Shown here: positions 1-12,910 of the stretch, piece after piece
Layout of the letters: each line of letters begins with the position of its first letter
Numbering within the stretch: the stretch's first letter is position 1
Source of the DNA: Octopus sinensis
Taxonomy: Eukaryota
Direction: 5' to 3'
NCBI RefSeq assembly: GCF_006345805.1
Contig: NC_043001.1
Coordinates: 79,794,001 to 79,858,000, forward strand
Length of the DNA stretch: 64,000 nucleotides
Translations under genes and position numbers: made by a program
Notes under the pieces: model-generated
What the model was told of the DNA's origin: nothing
The model's input: only the letters and a program-made list of their open reading frames with translations
The model's database searches: none

Positions 1-1539
1 ATACCAAATACATATAAAGAAGCACACATAACTCCAATACATAAAGGGGATAGCAAATCAAAACCAAAGAACTACCGACCAATCTCACTGACATCACACA
101 TTATCAAGGTCTTCGAAAGAATAGTTCGTGGGAAAATGGTTGAGTTCCTGGAATCCAACAATCTGATGAATTGCAACCAGCATGGATTCAGGTTAGGTAG
201 ATCATGCCTTTCCCAACTACTGGCACACCATGACCAAATCCTAGAAAATCTAGAGAATGGATACAACACAGATGTTATCTACCTCGACTTTGCCAAGGCA
301 TTTGACAAGGTAGATCATGGCATCCTGGGTCACAAACTTCGAAAGCTAGGAGTAGGAGGAAAAGTTGGTACATGGATAAACGAGTTCCTTACAAATAGAA
401 CTCAAACAGTCACTGTGAATGGAACCCATTCAACACCATCACCTGTGACCAGCAGTGTTCCTCAGGGTACAGTACTCGGCCCAATCCTGTTTCTCATCCT
501 CATCTGACATAGATGAAGATACAACCAGCAACGTCTCATCCTTTGCTGATGACACCAGGGTCATGAGACAATCAAAGACGAGGTGGATACAGAGGCTTAA
601 AAAAGGACCTGACCACCATATATAAATGGCAGGAAACAAACAACATGTTGTTCAATGATAAGAAGTTGAACTAATTCGCTACGGAACAGATCAAGATCTG
701 AAAAATACAACAAACTACAGAAACCCATCAGGACAACAAATAATGGAAAAACAGTATGTGAAGATTTAGGCATCCACATGGGAACCAACCTAAAATTCAG
801 AGAACACCTTGACTCAGTCTGTCTTACTGCAAGAAAGTACAGCGGGTGGATCTTGCGCACCTTCAAATCAAGAGATACCTCAACAATGAAAACCCTCTGG
901 AACAGTAGTATGATACTTCCGAGGATTGACTACTGTTCTCAGGTTGGTCACCAACAACAAAGGGCCAACTATCTAAGATAGAATCGCTCCAAAGAAATTT
1001 TACCTCATACTTCTCAGAAACGAGGGACCTGGACTATTGGCAAAGACTCAAAACCTTGAGGATGTACTCAATAGAAAGAAGATTTGAGCGATACCGAATT
1101 ATATACATTTGGAAAATGATAGAGCAGAAGGTGCCAAACTTTGGTATCAAAAACCTACCACTCACTGCGCCACGGAAGACGCTGCCAGCTGCCACCAATC
1201 AACAAAAAGGCTGGCAGGCAGCAAAAACCCTGCGAGAATCAAGTCTGTTGGTTCGAGGAGCACAACTGTTCAACTCCATTCCGGTACATGTCAGAAATCT
1301 ATCAGGATGCAGTGTGGAATCATTCAAATTGCAACTGGATAGATACTTAAGCACCATTAGAGATGAACCCCATCTCCCAGGATATACACAACGAGCACAA
1401 AGTGACTCAAACTCGCTCCTACACATGTCAAATTTAAGCAGAGAATACAACCTGGCAACCACACCAGACTCTGAGGGTGGAGTCTTCGACTTGGCCTGAG
1501 CATGGACTCAAACCCAAATGAAATGAAATGAAATGAAAT
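1..1539 (+). mobile_element. 3' part of a non-LTR retrotransposon (CR1/L2 group), frameshifted RT domain with (GAAAT)n tail
   Basis: ORF 136-507 has QHGFR..RSCLSQLL, DVIYLDFAKAFDKVDH and VPQGTVLGPILF. After a frameshift the catalytic FADD (tttgctgatgac) lies at 542-553. ORFs 778-981 and 1056-1499 give the C-terminal region (YSIERRFERYRIIYIWK). (AAATG)n tail at 1516-1539. The element continues upstream of the window. Confidence 0.9.
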
Positions 1540-2174
1540 ATGCATCTACAAATTTTGATGGATGCAACGCAATTTCAAACAATACTATTGCTTGATTGTT
1601 CTCTTAAACATGAGTAGCATGGATGTGCTATTGTATATCCATCATGTTTTTGCAAAAATTTGGTACGACGGGTGCCTCTTGCAGCAGGTGTTCAGAGAGC
1701 TTATTTCCCATGCTAATACTCATTTCATCATGTAATTTATTATGGACTGATTTGTTTTAATCGGCTACGAGCTGCTATGTTACTCAATACATAATAGAGT
1801 TGTAAAAAAATCAAGAGATTCTGTGCCTGAAGCTTTCTAAACAACGTTATGAATTTGCCCCAAAATAGTTATCCTGCATAAATGGATTCAAGCAGAAGTC
1901 ACTAGTGTTAGACTTGTTTCTCTTCTCCGAGAGAGATGTTTAAACAAAGTCTCTCAGGCGGACTGCTCAACCATTATTGATTGATAAAGAAGAAAAGTAC
2001 GAGGAACAAATTAAACGATCCATGCCGTAAAATATACAGAAATAAATAAAATTTATTTCTCATTTGTCTAGTTTTACACCAAAATCTGACGATTACTGTT
2101 GTGTAAATTCGAATGAAAGAAAAGTAAATCATTTCAAATAAGTTATATATGTGTATATGTAGGCGTATATGTTT

Positions 2175-2230
<56 letters not shown>

Positions 2231-2340
2231 ACAAAAGAAAATATCTCTATGCCAACATGCTAAAAATAAACTTTAGATCGCCTAACCACATACAATATTT
2301 TTCACTATAGAGACAGATTGTTGAAATGAGGAAAGCAGGT

Positions 2341-2744
2341 TACTCTTTTACTTGTTTCAGTCATGTGACTGTGGCCATGCCGGAGAACCGCCTTTAGTCG
2401 AGCAAATCGACCCCAGAACTTATTCTTTTAAGCCTAGTACTTATTCTATCGGTCTCTTTTGCTGAACCGCTAAGTTACGGGGACATAAACACACCAGCAT
2501 CGGTTGTCAAGCGATGTTGGAATGGACAAACACAGACACACAAACATATATACACACATACATATATAGGTACATATATACGACGGGCTTCTTTCAGTTT
2601 CTGTCAACCAGATCCACTCACAAGGCTTTGCTCGTCCCGAGGCTATAGTCGAAGACACTTGCCCAAGGTGCCACGCAGTGGGACTGACCCCCGAACCATG
2701 TAGTTAGTAAACAAGCTACTTATCCCCCATCCACTCCAACGCCT
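2341..2744 (-). mobile_element. tRNA-derived SINE, family A (octopus-type)
   Basis: Minus-strand head with box B-like ggttcgggggtcagtccc followed by ggcaccttgggcaagtgtctt, an internal CA/TA tract and a (TACTCT)-type tail. Aligns by eye with 58110-58530 and other copies. Confidence 0.85.
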
Positions 2745-3304
2745 ACAGGTTAACAGAAATTTTTTAACAAATTCCGATCGGACCGATTTCTGTACTAATC
2801 CAAAAGGATTCTTTCTTTGTCAACGAGAAACACGAAGGAAGAATCCCTTTGGATTAATACAGAAATCGGTCCAATTCGGGAATATTGTGATTAAATAAAA
2901 AAAAAATCCGCTAGCTTGCTTTCCTCGCTTCAACACGCTGTGTATTTAAAGTAAAAAATATTGTATGTGGCATTGTATCTAAAGTCTATTTTTCTAATAT
3001 TGTATCTAAGTCTATCTTTCAGCATATTGGGATAGGATTTTTTTTTTCTTTTGCCCTTATTTATAATTGTTTATAATTTTCCACTTAAAAGTATTTTAAT
3101 ATGCTGGCCACTGATAAAATACTTTTTGAAAACATTTTATCCTCATATTAGAAATTTACATATACGTACATACATACATACATATATACATGCACATATA
3201 TATTATATATATACATATATACATATAATAAATATTAGGGAATAAATCCAAATTTACAGGGAAAAAAATCAGATTTAGGATTAAATCGATTTTATAGTAA
3301 ATAT

Positions 3305-3473
3305 TATAAAATATTATTCGAGACAAAACCACTATTTTGCAAAACAAACAAGGAAAGACTTAATCAATACATAAATTTTAATAAATAGTCAATTTATTAA
3401 AATTTATGTATTGATTAAGTCTTTCCTTGTTTGTTTTGCAAAATAGTGGTTTTGTCTCGAATAATATTTTATA
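3305..3473. repeat. Perfect inverted repeat, 82-bp arms, 5-nt loop (AGTCA)
   Basis: 3305-3386 is the reverse complement of 3392-3473. A second copy with a 1-nt deletion lies at ~4293-4450. Confidence 0.95.
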
Positions 3474-3607
3474 TATACATATATATAACTATTTATATAT
3501 ATGTATATATATGTATGTATACATACATACATATATATATATATTATATATATATATGTTTGTATGTTTCTATAGTTATATGTATATATCTATCTATCTA
3601 TCTATCC

Positions 3608-3640
<33 letters not shown>

Positions 3641-3940
3641 TTTTTCACTTCACTAAATTTATCAAGCTTCTGTGTTTCTAGTACATACTTCACCTTTCAT
3701 GTACTTATATATGAATAATATATGGCCTGTGCTAGAAACACCAGCGATAATAATTAATTTTATTTTATCGCATTTTGAATTTGTTTACATATTTCTCGAT
3801 AAATTTTGAGCGTTAGACTATATACCAGAAATCCCTAGTTTGTCGGGTTCGTTCTGCGTCTGCGCAGTGATCTGATTAGTTAGAAAGAGCAATTTAGTAG
3901 ACGCACATGTGTCTATCGAGTTGCGCTTCATAATAACAGA

Positions 3941-4014
3941 ATCTTACTGAAGAGCCTACCTGAGTAAATAAATATTATTTTTATTGCGAAAAAGGTGAAA
4001 CTGCAGTCTAAGAT
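3941..4014 (+). ncRNA. Type I hammerhead ribozyme motif (family 1, copy 1)
   Basis: ATCTTA(3941-46) CTGAAGA(3947-53) GCCT..35 nt..AGGT GAAA(3997-4000) CTGCAG TC TAAGAT(4009-14). Stem I has 6 bp, stem II is GCCU/AGGU, stem III is the palindrome ACTGCAGT, and the cleavage triplet is GUC. Confidence 0.85.
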
Positions 4015-4502
4015 GAACAGAGTTAGTAAAAGTTTTTATTTTCACTTCACTAAATTTATCAAGCTTCTGTGTTTCTAGTACATACTTCGCCTTTAATGTA
4101 CTTATATATGAATAATATATGGCCTGTGCTAGAAACACCAGCGATAATAATTAATTTTATTTTATCGCATTTTGAATTTGTTTATATTATATATATACAT
4201 ATATACATATAATAAATATTAGGGAATAAATCCAAATTTACAGGGAAAAAATCAGATTTAGGATTAAATCGATTTTATAGTAAATATTATAAAATATTAT
4301 TCGAGACAAAACCACTATTTTGCAAAACAAACAAGGAAAGACTTAATCAATACATAAATTTTAATAAATAGTCAATTATTAAAATTTATGTATTGATTAA
4401 GTCTTTCCTTGTTTGTTTTGCAAAATAGTGGTTTTGTCTCGAATAATATTATATATACATATATATAACTATTTATATATATGTATATATATGTATGTAT
4501 AC

Positions 4503-4538
<36 letters not shown>

Positions 4539-4918
4539 GTTTGTATGTTTCTATAGTTATATGTATATATCTATCTATCTATCTATCCATATATATATAT
4601 ATATTATATATATATATTTTTTCACTTCACTAAATTTATCAAGCTTCTGTGTTTCTAGTACATACTTCACCTTTCATGTACTTATATATGAATAATATAT
4701 GGCCTGTGCTAGAAACACCAGCGATAATAATTAATTTTATTTTATCGCATTTTGAATTTGTTTACATATTTCTCGATAAATTTTGAGCGTTAGACTATAT
4801 ACCAGAAATCCCTAGTTTGTCGGGTTCGTTCTGCGTCTGCGCAGTGATCTGATTAGTTAGAAAGAGCAATTTAGTAGACGCACATGTGTCTATCGAGTTG
4901 CGCTTCATAATAACAGGA

Positions 4919-4993
4919 ATCTTACTGAAGAGCCTACCTGAGTAAATAAATATTATTTTTATTGGCGAAAAAGGTGAAACTGCAGTCTAAGAT
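4919..4993 (+). ncRNA. Type I hammerhead ribozyme motif (family 1, copy 2)
   Basis: ATCTTA(4919-24) CTGAAGA(4925-31) GCCT...AGGT(4972-75) GAAA CTGCAG TC TAAGAT(4988-93). Same as copy 1 apart from one extra G in loop II. Confidence 0.85.
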
Positions 4994-5239
4994 GAACAGA
5001 GTTAGTAAAAGTTTTTATTTTCACTTCACTAAATTTATCAAGCTTCTGTGTTTCTAGTACATACTTCGCCTTTAATGTACTTATATATGAATAATATATG
5101 GCCTGTGCTAGAAACACCAGCGATAATAATTAATTTTATTTTATCGCATTTTGAATTTGTTTATATATATATATATATATTACGGAAGGAAATTCTAGCC
5201 TTGTTTGTTTTTCATGTTTTATTTACAATGTTATAGTAA

Positions 5240-5337
5240 TATATTATAATATAATATAACATAATATAATATGATATAATATAATATATGATATAATATA
5301 ATATAATATAATATAATATAATATAATATAATATAAT
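5240..5337. repeat. (ATATA)n pentanucleotide microsatellite
   Basis: Direct reading of the ataatataat run. Confidence 0.9.
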
Positions 5338-5799
5338 GAAATGATGGAATGTTAATTGTCCATTCTGATTGAACTAGTACTTTCATGCATTAAACTATGC
5401 AATTTCAGTTTCATACAGTAGTGGTGACAGTTATGTTTAACAATTTACATCTGTAGTTAGATGACTAAAGTGTGTGCTTTGAATATATTTGTATATACAT
5501 ATACACACTCAAGATAAGTGTGTGTGAATAGAATTGACAAGAAAGGGGATTGCCCTATTTTCCTAAGAAAGTAGTATATTAATCTAAGTGAGGTCTAACT
5601 ACAATAATTTTGAAACAATGTGTAACCACCACACCTACATATTTCGCAATACACGTGAGGAAATAATAATAATTTGAGGAATCATTGTTATAGTTTCATG
5701 CTTATTTAATAGTTAGATAATAAACAGGCAAACTGTTTCAGCACCATGTGGTTGTACTGTGAAAAGGTTATGCTTAGATCATATTCGTTAAGACGAGTT

Positions 5800-6260
5800 A
5801 GAGGATGATGATCAGGAGGGATGAGGAGGAGGAGGAGGAGGGGTTGATGACGATGACAATGATGATGATGATAACACCGACGATGAAGACGACAACGATG
5901 ATAGCGAGGAGGAGGAGGTGGACGAGGTGGACGAGGAGGAGGGTCAGGAGTGGCAGTAAGAGGAGGAGGTGGAATTGAAGGAGCAAAAAAGGGGAAAAGA
6001 AGAAAAATAAGTGGGGAGAAGAAGGAGAAAGAAGATGAAGATGACGACGACGATAACGACGATGAAGAAGAAGAAAAAGAAGAAGAAGAAAAAAAGAAGA
6101 AGAAGAAGAAGAAGAAGAAGAAGAAGAAGAGAAGAAGAAGAAGAAGAAGAAGAAGAAGAAGAAGAAGAAGAAGAAGAGAAGAAGAAGAGAAGAAGAAGAG
6201 GGGTTGGAGTAGCAGAAGGAGGGAAAGAGGAGGAAGGGGCAGGAAAGGAAGACTGGTTAA
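5800..6260. repeat. Purine-rich compound triplet repeats (GAG/GAT/GAC/GAA)n
   Basis: Long (GAA)n core ~6065-6200. It explains the poly-K/R/E/S/L ORFs in the track. Confidence 0.95.
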
Positions 6261-8639
6261 AACTACGCGGTGTCCTTCTCAAAAAGTGGAACCAAGTACA
6301 AGTTACGCGAATATTATGGAATACAGTTAAAGTGACTAATATATGTATATATACGTGCGCATTCGTGCGTGCGTTCGTGCGTGGTGCGTGCATGTCCATG
6401 TGTCTAAACATTTTGTCTGCGTTGTATTTGCGGTTTTAAAGTGTCTAATTTGATTTCACATAATTCGTATAATGGAAATTTGCATCAATTTTCTCGTAAC
6501 CTATACTCCTATCATTATTATATATGTTGAACATTTTAAGATCATAATAGCATTGAGAATTTCGTATGTAAAAATTTTGTTAATGGTTTAATGAAAAAAT
6601 AAAAACATTCAATGATCTTTGTACAACCTAGATGTTAAGTGGAATGAATTATGGAAGGACTCATGTGATAGCAAAGAGAAACAATACATCTGCTGTACAG
6701 ACATTTAATGAGTATAAATTTGACTGGTGTTTACAAGCCTGGTCGATTGGATTCAAAGGTTAGTGTCTTGTGGCGTGTATATAATTCCTGTCTCTTGTAT
6801 TTAAGCTTCTTAAGTATCTTATCTCATCTTATAATAATTCTGCTTGTCATTACGTTACTTAGCCCTTCGGTAACGCTTTCACGTGATTAGAGAAAAGGAG
6901 AGAGACATAAAAGCGAGAGAGAGAGAGAGAGAGAGAAAGAAGGAGAGTGAAAAAGAAGGAGAGAGAAGAGTCTAAGACGTGAGATAGAGGGAATGAAATT
7001 GTAGCACTTTTACGTGATTAGTTGAAGGGAAAGAGAGGAGCAAGAAAAAGGAGAGAGAAAAATAGGATAAGGCGAAGACTGGGACAGAAAGAGGGAGAGA
7101 AAAGCTTCCACGACGTGAGGTAAGGGGAACTTAATATTTATTACGTGTTTAGAAAAGTTAGTTGAAGTTAGTTATGATATAGGAGAGAGGTAAAAATATA
7201 GCTTTAGCAGAGGCCTGATACTCTGATGATGAGGTTATATAATGACACAGAGAGAGGGAAGAGGGAGAGGGAGGAGAGTGAAAGAGAAAGAGAGATGATG
7301 ATGGTGGTGGTGGTGGGAGTACATAGTGAAAAGTGTATTTTTTAAAAATTGAACAAAGCTTTTTTATATCATCTATCACTTAACACACGCGCATAATTCC
7401 GTGAAATACGCTTCTTAACGTGGCAGATACATGCAATTTAACTAAAGGTTGTATCATATGTACAGGATTTTTTTTTGTTTGTTTTTGGGGAAGATGGAAA
7501 AATAAGAGTGAATATTTATTTTATGAATGTTGTGTATTAAGTCTATAAAATTGTGCCATATATATAAAGTGCATTAAGTAATCATCGTATTCTAATTTCT
7601 TTCACTTCAATGAGTAGTAGATGAGCGACTATCTTTCCATACAGACACAACACAGGTTACGTTTTCAAGTGTTTTTGGATAAAGTTTTCAGAAATAACCC
7701 AATAGGTTTACCATTAATTCCGTGATATATTCATGGGTCCTGCTAGTATACGTTAATATCTCGGATGATTAGAGCGTCTTAGTAATAACGCGCATACCGT
7801 TGGTTCGCGTCATACTGGCCAGTGATAAACGTTTCTTTAAGTGTAGGTATTGCTGTGTGGCTAAGAATCTCACTTTCCATTCAAGTGCTTCATGTTCAGT
7901 CTCATTATACGGCAGTGATTTCTACAATAGCCATGGGCCGACTAACGGCATGTGAGTTGATTTGGTAAACCAGAAACTATGTGGAAGCTTGTCATGTGTA
8001 TGTGTGTATATGTGTAGAGAACTGTTTGCCTGGAAATGACCCATATTGTATAAAATGACCCAAATTGTATAAACTTTGGTATCAGATGATAGAATACGAG
8101 GGTATATAGTTTGATGAAAAGATGCTTTTCGTGTGTATTTTGTTTGAACTATTATTTAAAATTTGAAATGTAATAGAAAAAAAAACCTTTGACCCAACCT
8201 GGTAAAAGCATGGAAATATCGGCTTCAAACCCAACATTCTCTGTACACACACACATACCAACACACACGTGCACACACACTCACACACATATACCCTCAT
8301 ACACAAACACGCACTCACACACATTCACACACATACATACACCCGCACACACACACTCACACATATACACGCACAAACAGACATAAATAGACTCACATAA
8401 AATCTTCTATCGTTTCTTTGCATGGAATTCTACTCCAAGAGACTAGTGAACCCGAGACTAAACTGCAGCAGAATAGAATGTTATCCCCACTCCATGGGGC
8501 TGGCAGGCAAGCTTATTTAACATACAACTATGTGTAATACTTACACATAACTGTGCCTGATTATATGCGAATATACATGTGTGTGTGTGTGTGTGTGTGT
8601 AAGTGAGTGAGTGTGTCAGTGTGTGTGTGTGTCTGTGTC

Positions 8640-9090
8640 GACCAGAATATCAGATGTTGCTACGCGCTTCCTCGCTTGGTTTTAGTTTTGAAATGATGCC
8701 ACTTCTCGAGATTATCGAGCCAACGTTACCCCTAATCGGGTAGCCGACCCGTCACAGGGATTTCCCATTTGCAGCTGAGTAGACTGGAGTAACGTGAAAA
8801 CTGTGTGACAGGTCTGGGAATAGAAACCACGATTTTACGAAAGCGAGTGCAGTACCCTAACCTCTAGGCCACAAGGCTAGTATTTACGGTGTTGTCCAAT
8901 TTCTTGCTGATCGATCTGGACAAATGATTTGTTTATAGGGATCGAATGTTTGCACATTACATCAGCTCACTCCCTCCCATCAAATCGATATTGCCTGCAC
9001 AGGTGCAGAGCAACGTCAGATGAGGTGTTTTGCATCAGGACACAACGCATCAATTGCTCCATACTGCAACACTCTAAGCAGTAGGCCATG
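8640..9090 (-). mobile_element. Decayed tRNA-derived SINE relics (two adjacent pieces)
   Basis: Two reverse-oriented heads ending ...accctaacctctaggccac and ...ctctaagcagtaggccatgcgccc, with gagcaacgt/ggacacaacg segments resembling family C. Confidence 0.5.
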
Positions 9091-9119
9091 CGCCCTTGTA
9101 CGTATAAATATATATCTTT

Positions 9120-9386
9120 TACTACATTTTATTCGTTTTAGTTACTAGACTGCGGCCATGCTGTCGCACAGTCTTAAAGAACATTTTGTTGAATGAATCG
9201 ACACCAGTACTGTTTTGTTAAACCCGGTACTTATGTTATCGTTCGCTTTAGCGAAGCCGATAAATTACGAGGCCATAAAGATACCAACACCGGTTGTCAA
9301 TCCGTGGTGAGAACAAAAATAGATACAACACACGCACATCTCTCTCTCTCTCGCTCTCTCTCCCCCTCCGTCTATCTCTCCCTCTC

Positions 9387-9449
<63 letters not shown>

Positions 9450-9618
9450 AGAATTCACGAAAAAAACAAAAGACAAAAACAGGTGGTGTAGAAAACAAAT
9501 AGATGTATTAGTATAACGCTCAGGAATTAAAAAAAAGTCTTGAACGTTTCAAGCCTACGCCCTACCACAAAATTAAACAAGGAAAGTAACAAGGAGAGAC
9601 AAAAATATATGTGTAGTG

Positions 9619-9662
<44 letters not shown>

Positions 9663-9835
9663 ATATATACATACATACATATACGACGGGCTTTTTTTCA
9701 ATTCCCGTCTACCAAATCCACTCACAAGGCTTTGCTCGGCCGGATACTATAGTAGAAGACACTTGTTCAAGGCAACACGCGGTGGGACTGAGCCGGAACC
9801 ATATGATTGGGAAATAGCTACATAGCTACGCCTGC
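9120..9835 (-). mobile_element. SINE family A copy split by a (TA)n tract and an inserted element
   Basis: The 3' half lies at ~9120-9330 and the 5' half at ~9680-9835 (gacgggctt...actcacaaggctttg...gaagacacttg). Confidence 0.7.
9446..9608 (-). mobile_element. Short Penelope-pLTR-like element with decayed HHR core (family 4)
   Basis: Reverse complement reads gggc-gtag-gctt GAAACGTT and aligns with 46460-46620 (gagc-gtag-gctc GAAA...gagcg.taaactaatacatct). It abuts (TA)n at 9446. Confidence 0.6.
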
Positions 9836-12049
9836 ACCAGTATAATTTTGTTCTGATATATATTTCAACCTTAAGACTGTAGCCATGCTGGGCCACCTCC
9901 ATATATATATATTTTCTTACGCGATACATAAGTAGATACATATACATACCATATATACATATTGTATGTCATATATGTATACATCCAGGCTTGGTTTCGG
10001 TAGTTGTGCTGGTGGCTGTGCCTGTTATCGTCAATGTGGTGTTACTATTAGTGTTAATGTTAGTGATTGTTATTCCTTTGATAGTTGGATGTTAGTGGTT
10101 GCCTGTTGTGTAGGTGGGAGTATGGTAGCGGTAATAGTGTCAGTGTAGGTGACGGTGGTGGCGGCGGCGGCGGTGGTAATTGTTATGTTTAGTACTTGCG
10201 GTAATGAAGGATAGTTTCGTTAGATGGATCATTGGTTTTGTATACTATCTAGCTTTAGGGTCGCTGTCAAAACATAATGGTTTATTTCGCGGTTGACTTT
10301 ACACAGAAAATATCTTCTAACTGCCCCAACAATTTTTTTTCTTTCCTTTACTTTTTTTCACTCAACAAGTTCAGTGAATAATAAATACAAAACGAAGCAA
10401 AACAAAAAATAATATAAAAATGGTGACACACAAAATAAAGAAAATAAAATTTTAACAGACACCAACAACTACAACAATAACAGCAACAACAACAAGAACA
10501 AAAATACCTACAACAGAACCAAGAATAAGCCAAATAAAAGCATAAATAAACAATATTTACAATAGGAAAGGCAATAAATGGAATAGAAGCCGATGAGACA
10601 ATATATGCTAGTGTTCTCTTTTACGTTTTTATTATCTATTGGTGAGCATTTGTGCATGTAGGCAAATTTAGTATTGGGAATAACTGTTATGATGTACAGT
10701 AGAAGAATCTAACTATTGTGTACCAATATGATTTATAAGGGGGACAGAGAGGAAGAATGAGAGGGAGAGAGAGTATCTGGTATGTAGCATGTATATTGTA
10801 AACACTCTTTTGTGAAACACCCGCAGTATGTAATATATATTGTATTACTTTTTGTATTTTGTTGGGGATTCTTTCCCTTTTTGTTTTTTGTATTTTGCAT
10901 TTGTATGAATTTACATGTTGTTATCTTTTTGGTTGGTTCTTCGTAATGATTTTTTTTTCTTATTGCATTTGATTCATTCGTTTGTTTTGTTCATTGTATA
11001 TGTTTGTGCTGTTGCTGTAGCTTGTTTAGACAGTAGTGTAATCGTTATTGCTATCAAGCAATAACATTTCTATGGCTACCGCGTTATACTAAATTCCAGT
11101 TTCATTTTAAATGGTTTCAGGAGCTGTCTATGACACATGTAATCCAAACAATAACTATTTATGTAAGAGAGGTATTAGATAAATTAGGATTAATTTTCCG
11201 CTCTACCAACATATGTCTATCTACAGCACTAACAGAATGCAAGCGTATCATTACTTGTGAAATTAGCATAAGGATGGATACAAAGATAAAAATGTGTAGG
11301 GAAGAGACAGTTAACTAACTATAGGGAATATCGATCCCAATTCGAAACATGATTATTTTACCAAACCCAGTGGAATTTTAAATGTGCGTGCGATAGTGGT
11401 TGTGATGTGCTTTCTCTTCTATTTTTAAATACACGAAGACTTCCGGTAAGGTTGGAGCCAGTTTCTAATAAATATTCTAAACTCCATCGTTTGCATGTAA
11501 AAAAGAAAGAAGCAAATTCATATTTTCAACATGAACAAAGTATTGCGTATGTATGTATGTATGTATGTATGTATGTATGTATGTATGTATGTATGCATGC
11601 ATGTATGTATGTATGTATGTATGTATGTATGTACGTTTGTATGTACGTTGTGGACATCACTCTTTGTGCTGCTGATAACGTGTAACCCAGTACACGCTGT
11701 AGCATGGTCGGATAACGGGGACTAAATCGACAACTCTATTAAGTCTTCTTGGTATGGAGGGTAGACTTCGTTCGACGGCCTGCAGGATTAAAAACAAAAC
11801 CTGTCAAAGGAAGGAAGGATACATTCAGCAGAGTCAACAACCTTCTATCAGCTGGGAGTGAGAGAGCCTAGTCCTGGGGGACTTGCTCTCCTCCGTTTCT
11901 GGACTTCGCGCCTTTGAATGTGAAAGTCTTAGGAGTGTTGTGGAAGCTGTTACTGACATTACATTTCAGCAAGGGAATTACTGACAGGCATTGTCTTTAA
12001 CATCTCGGATAAGATTTGTTATGCTCGTCTACGAGCTGAGAGCCAACAT

Positions 12050-12910
12050 GTACGTATGTATGTATGTATGTATGTATGTATGTATGTATGTATGTATGTA
12101 TGTATGTATGTATGTATGTATGTATGTATGTATGTATGTATGTATGTATGTATGTATGTATGTATGTATGTATGTATGTATGTATGTATGCATGTATATA
12201 TATGTATGTATGTATGTATGTATTTATGTATGCATGTATGTATGCGTGCATGTATGTATGTATGTATGTATGTATGCATCTATGTATGTATGTATGTATT
12301 TATGTATCTATGCCTGCATGTATGTATGCATGTATGTATGTATGAATGTATCGATGTATGCATGTATGCATGCATCTATGTATGTATGTATGCATGCATG
12401 CATCAATGTATGTATGTATGTATGCATCTATGTATGAATACATTTAGGCCTGTATGTATGCATAAATTCATACATGTAGACCAAGAAGAGCATGTATCAT
12501 TCAACTTGTGGAACACACAAGACATCAGGTTAAAGATTATAGGATTTCTATGGAAGATCGAAACAGTATCTACCATTTTCGTATCCATATATGAATGCAT
12601 GTATGTATGCATGTATGTATGTATGTGTTTATTTAAATATGTTTGTGTATATATGTGTGTATGCGAGTAGGTATCTATGTATGTATGCATGAATGCATGC
12701 ATGTACGTATATATGTATATATGTATATATGTATATATATATACGTATGTATATGTATATATGTATATGTATATATGTATGCATGTATGTACGTATGTAT
12801 ACATGTACGTATGTATGCAGGTATGCACGTATGTATGTATATATGCATGAATTTATGTATGTATGTATGTATGTATGTAGGTAGGTATGTATCTATGTAT
12901 GCATGCATGT
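12050..12910. repeat. (TATG)n microsatellite and its degenerate extension (a further tract at 11547-11645)
   Basis: Pure TATG run ~12055-12190, then decayed. Source of the MYVC/HTYI ORFs. Confidence 0.95.

Larger units (their letters stand above)
3180..5165. repeat. Direct tandem duplication of a ~978-bp composite block (hairpin element + TA tract + 1.4 copies of a 397-bp HHR monomer)
   Basis: Matching landmarks are offset by 977-979 bp: tttcacttcac with the c at 3646/4623 and 4043/5022, and HHR stem I at 3941/4919. Confidence 0.9.

Noticed and set aside
1545-1975. Possible hAT transposase relic (NFDGCNAIS)
   Set aside because: Only a few residues resemble the motif and every frame has multiple stops.
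6632-6758. Possible host exon (AG at 6630-31, GTTAGT donor at 6759; one frame gives VKWNELWKDSCDSKEKQYIC, faintly C-type-lectin-like)
   Set aside because: Weak polypyrimidine tract, two competing frames, no partner exons found and no recognisable protein; cannot be supported without RNA-seq.
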